Assembly: GCA_000004985.1 (NCBI GenBank)
Contig: GG739357.1
Reading direction: 5' to 3' (one strand)
DNA: 1,644 nt
From: Naegleria gruberi
Taxonomy: Eukaryota
Positions 1 through 1,644 of the stretch are shown here, piece by piece. A program made the translations under genes and the position numbers. The notes below the pieces were generated by a model, which saw nothing but the letters and a program-made list of their open reading frames with translations, ran no database searches and was not told the origin of the DNA. Position 1 is the first letter of the stretch, and each line of letters opens with the position of its first letter.

Positions 1-388
1 GATAATTTTCAATGGAAATCCATATGGATACATTCAATTAGTTTCTTGAATCCAAAATTTAAATCGCATAAAAAGTACCACAATTTTATAACCGCACTTT
101 TCACACATTCAAAACCAATATCACAAACCTCACAAATGAAACTTGAGAAAATCATTGACTGTACTTCTACAGGATCTTTTCTGTAGGAATACATAAACTC
201 GACTTTTTTGAGTCAATCTGACCTTTGAGGTTAACCAAGATGAAGACTCTGTAGTCACATATCTTGAGCATGATATCGAACTGGAAACATGCTTCGCTGT
301 AGGTTTCCTCGTTCATAGATGATTGCTGCATTCCTTACCAGCCATGGTTTGTGAATGGGGGATTTGTGAACCTGCAGATTGGTACCTT

Positions 389-438
389 AAACTTTTTATC
401 AATTAATAGAAAATTATTTTAAAACTATGACATAGATG
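389..438. repeat. Direct repeat, copy A (29-bp high-identity core 389-417 plus a diverged extension)
   Basis: Core AAACTTTTTATCAATTAATAGAAAATTAT (389-417) matches 876-904 at 27/29 positions. Similarity continues with indels (ACTATGACAT..AGATG versus ACTATTAACATCAATAGATT). Confidence 0.85.
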
Positions 439-780
439 CTAATATGTGCAATTAAATTCGAATATCAACAACACTTTTTCCTTTTATTAATCAACATGGT
501 TAAATGCTCACTTCTGAAGGAACAAGCACGACAACTAAAATGTTTGGTTATTTTGTCTTGGAAATCCTCTTCAAAGAAGTTCACCACAACCGATTGTGTT
601 TGAAAAAGCAAATATTTGAAGACTCAAATTCGAAATTTGATCGTTTATTGATCAACCACAAGTTTCACTTTCCAAATAGATTAAATTCAAAGGTGATAAA
701 TAAATGGTCACGTAGCAAGCTTATCTAAACAACAAACTTACTGAACCAACAATCAATAGATTCGTTGCCTTCACTGTTCA

Positions 781-797
781 TACAGTCAAAGACTGTA
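781..797. other. Perfect hairpin-forming palindrome (7-bp stem, 3-nt loop) inside a locally GC-richer segment
   Basis: TACAGTC AAA GACTGTA spans 781-797 within 765-835 (…GCGGGATAGTCGCCATATTCCTGGCAGGCTTCCCGTCC…). This stretch stands out in GC content against AT-rich flanks. Its function is unknown. Confidence 0.3.
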
Positions 798-875
798 GCG
801 GGATAGTCGCCATATTCCTGGCAGGCTTCCCGTCCAAAATTAATAATTGAAATGTTACAAATATCACATACAACA

Positions 876-938
876 AAACTTTTTACCAATTAATAGAACA
901 TTATCAACAACAAATCCACTATTAACATCAATAGATTG
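876..938. repeat. Direct repeat, copy B (core 876-904 plus a diverged extension carrying a (CAA)3 insertion)
   Basis: Core AAACTTTTTACCAATTAATAGAACATTAT (876-904) is 27/29 identical to 389-417 and in the same orientation. The two cores start 487 bp apart. Confidence 0.85.
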
Positions 939-1409
939 GTTTCAAGAAGTAAGCAGACAGCTTTTAATTTGGGAAGTGGAAGATTTACTTATGATTTCGA
1001 TAATCATTCTTATACCAGGTGCTGAAATAGCATTCCTCAATTTGGAATATGTTGTTGGAATTTTGCTATTTGCAATGGGAATATTGCACACCGTTAAACG
1101 ATCTGATGATTTGCTTGCATTCATATAGATGTCGTTTGGGATGGAGATGATAAACGGCTTAATGAAATTTCCAAAGAATTCAAACTTTATTATAAGGAAT
1201 TGAAAGAGCTTCCCTCAAAGACTGTTGAGGATTTAACTTTAATAAATTAATTTAATTGAGTTGATTGATCAGAAATAGCTCTGTTAGCTCCGTCATTCTG
1301 AATTAACCAATAAATCAAATTTTCAGAATCTGATCTTCAGGGAATTAAGTGAATCACACCCAATTGACTTCTATCATTTCTTGATAATAATACTTGGGTG
1401 ATGAAGGTT

Positions 1410-1419
1410 AAAATCAAAA
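1410..1419 (-). terminator. Pol III terminator: two T4 tracts immediately 3' of the tRNA
   Basis: Minus-strand sequence following the discriminator is ATTCC TTTT GA TTTT A. The first T4 run begins 6 nt past the tRNA 3' end (plus-strand AAAA at 1416-1419 and 1410-1413). A run of four or more T on the non-template strand is the canonical Pol III termination signal. Confidence 0.7.
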
Positions 1420-1435
1420 GGAATCGCCCACCGTG

Positions 1436-1446
1436 GGGGTCGAACC
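1436..1446 (-). promoter_or_regulatory. Internal Pol III B box of the tRNA-Lys gene (tRNA positions 52-62)
   Basis: Minus-strand GGTTCGACCCC matches the B-box consensus GGTTCGANNCC. Confidence 0.85.
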
Positions 1447-1478
1447 CACGACCACAAGGTTAAGAGCCTTGCGCTCTA

Positions 1479-1490
1479 CCGACTGAGCTA
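1479..1490 (-). promoter_or_regulatory. Internal Pol III A box of the tRNA-Lys gene (tRNA positions 8-19)
   Basis: Minus-strand TAGCTCAGTCGG matches the eukaryotic A-box consensus TRGCNNAGTGG with G18G19. This relies on established knowledge of type-2 Pol III promoters. Confidence 0.8.
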
Positions 1491-1520
1491 GACGGGCTAC
1501 ATTTTTCAACAATCAATTCC

Positions 1521-1528
1521 TTTATAAA
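1521..1528 (-). promoter_or_regulatory. TATA-like upstream element of the tRNA gene (about -24 to -31)
   Basis: TTTATAAA (palindromic, so the same on both strands) lies 24-31 bp upstream of tRNA +1 (1497). Plant and some fungal tRNA genes typically carry an AT-rich or TATA-like element near -30 that aids TFIIIB placement. This is a positional inference only. Confidence 0.4.
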
Positions 1529-1644
1529 CAATATGGATGATTTGTCCTCACTGTGGGTTTGCATAGCACGATAGCCTGTTCAAAAAGATGGGAAATATTA
1601 TATGTCCTTAATGAACCAAAAAGTTCCATCGATTCAATAATGGC

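Larger units (their letters stand above)
1425..1497 (-). tRNA. tRNA-Lys-CTT: Nuclear (cytosolic-type) tRNA-Lys, anticodon CUU. It is 73 nt, has no intron, and CCA is not encoded.
   Basis: Reverse complement of 1425-1497 is GCCCGTC TA GCTC AGTCGGTA GAGC G CAAGG CTCTTAA CCTTG TGGTC GTGGG TTCGACC CCCAC GGTGGGC G. The acceptor stem is 7 bp (GCCCGTC/GGTGGGC) with two G-U pairs. The D stem is GCTC/GAGC with an 8-nt D loop carrying G18G19. The anticodon stem is CAAGG/CCTTG with a 7-nt loop (C32 U33 C34 U35 U36 A37 A38), giving anticodon CUU at plus 1462-1464. The variable loop is 5 nt. The T stem is GTGGG/CCCAC with T loop TTCGACC, and the discriminator is G (1425). All invariant positions (U8, A14, G18G19, A21, U33, T54-psi55-C56, A58) are present. 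I folded this by hand without a tool. Confidence 0.95.

Noticed and set aside
20-27. CCATATGG as a CArG-box (MADS-domain binding site)
   Set aside because: The CArG consensus is CC(A/T)6GG, and this has only four A/T between CC and GG.
9-194. The 61-aa minus-strand ORF (Cys-rich: ICEVCDIGFECVKS…LCDL…ECIH)
   Set aside because: The Cys spacing does not match any zinc-finger or defensin pattern I know. An in-frame stop lies 7 codons upstream of the Met, and the ORF is too short and isolated to call.
275-284. TCGAAC at 277-282 as a possible second tRNA B box on the minus strand
   Set aside because: It lacks the flanking GG…CC of the B-box consensus, and no cloverleaf can be drawn around it.
333-350. 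Minus-strand AAACCATGGCTG|GTAAGG resembling a plant start-codon context followed by a consensus 5' splice donor
   Set aside because: Only two codons precede the putative donor, there is no downstream exon I can connect it to, and CCATGG and GTAAG are each frequent by chance.
504-728. The 74-aa plus-strand ORF, which lies between the two direct-repeat copies
   Set aside because: It has no homology I can recognise and low-complexity N/K/F-rich composition, and at 74 aa it is within chance expectation for AT-rich sequence.
167-798. Hexamer CTGTAG/CTACAG occurring five times (167-172, 181-186, 249-254, 297-302, 793-798), including a small hairpin (167-186)
   Set aside because: About 0.8 occurrences are expected for any given hexamer pair. 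Five is high for one hexamer but unremarkable across about 2,000 possible hexamers, and the flanks are not conserved between occurrences.
847-1128. The 93-aa plus-strand ORF with a hydrophobic, membrane-helix-like stretch (LLMISIIILIPGAEIAFLNLEYVVGILLFAMGIL)
   Set aside because: Hydrophobic I/L/F-rich runs are the default translation of T-rich DNA. The ORF has no recognisable domain, no start context, and is overlapped by a 60-aa antisense ORF (942-1124). The same stretch may instead be an intron (see finding on 1110-1250).
1295-1329. 8-bp inverted repeat ATTCTGAA … TTCAGAAT with a 19-nt loop, and its superficial resemblance to a heat-shock element (TTCnGAA)
   Set aside because: HSE units require TTCnnGAA spacing, and here the spacing is one nucleotide. 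An 8-bp inverted repeat in AT-rich DNA is within chance, and it sits about 100 bp from the tRNA 3' end with no obvious role.
1300-1424. Possible dicistronic tRNA-snoRNA arrangement (as in the plant tRNA-Gly–snoR43 case): the minus strand downstream of the tRNA contains GAAATGATAG (C-box-like), CTGA motifs, and a possible ATCAA/TTGAT terminal stem
   Set aside because: The box C candidate is UGAUAG rather than UGAUGA, so it lacks the GA needed for the K-turn. More importantly, a Pol III T4 terminator sits between the tRNA and the candidate, which would prevent co-transcription. Scattered CTGA and TGATGA motifs are also expected by chance.

Overview
This is a 1,644-bp, AT-rich window (I estimate roughly two-thirds A+T) with eukaryotic nuclear character and no long open reading frame; the longest ORF is 93 aa. 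The only gene I can firmly support is a nuclear-type tRNA-Lys(CUU) on the minus strand at 1425-1497. It has a complete cloverleaf, internal RNA polymerase III A and B boxes, a T-tract terminator just downstream, and a TATA-like element about 25-30 bp upstream. Its acceptor and anticodon stems match, as far as I recall, the plant cytosolic tRNA-Lys(CUU) family, so the window is most likely plant nuclear intergenic DNA. The rest is a diverged direct repeat (27/29-identical core, copies at 389-438 and 876-938), a few short hairpins and palindromes, and one stop-free, protein-like segment (1110-1250, + strand) that could be a terminal exon but is unsupported without homology. I see no operon, defence island, CRISPR array, recognisable transposon or multi-gene system, and I do not think this window contains a novel biological system.
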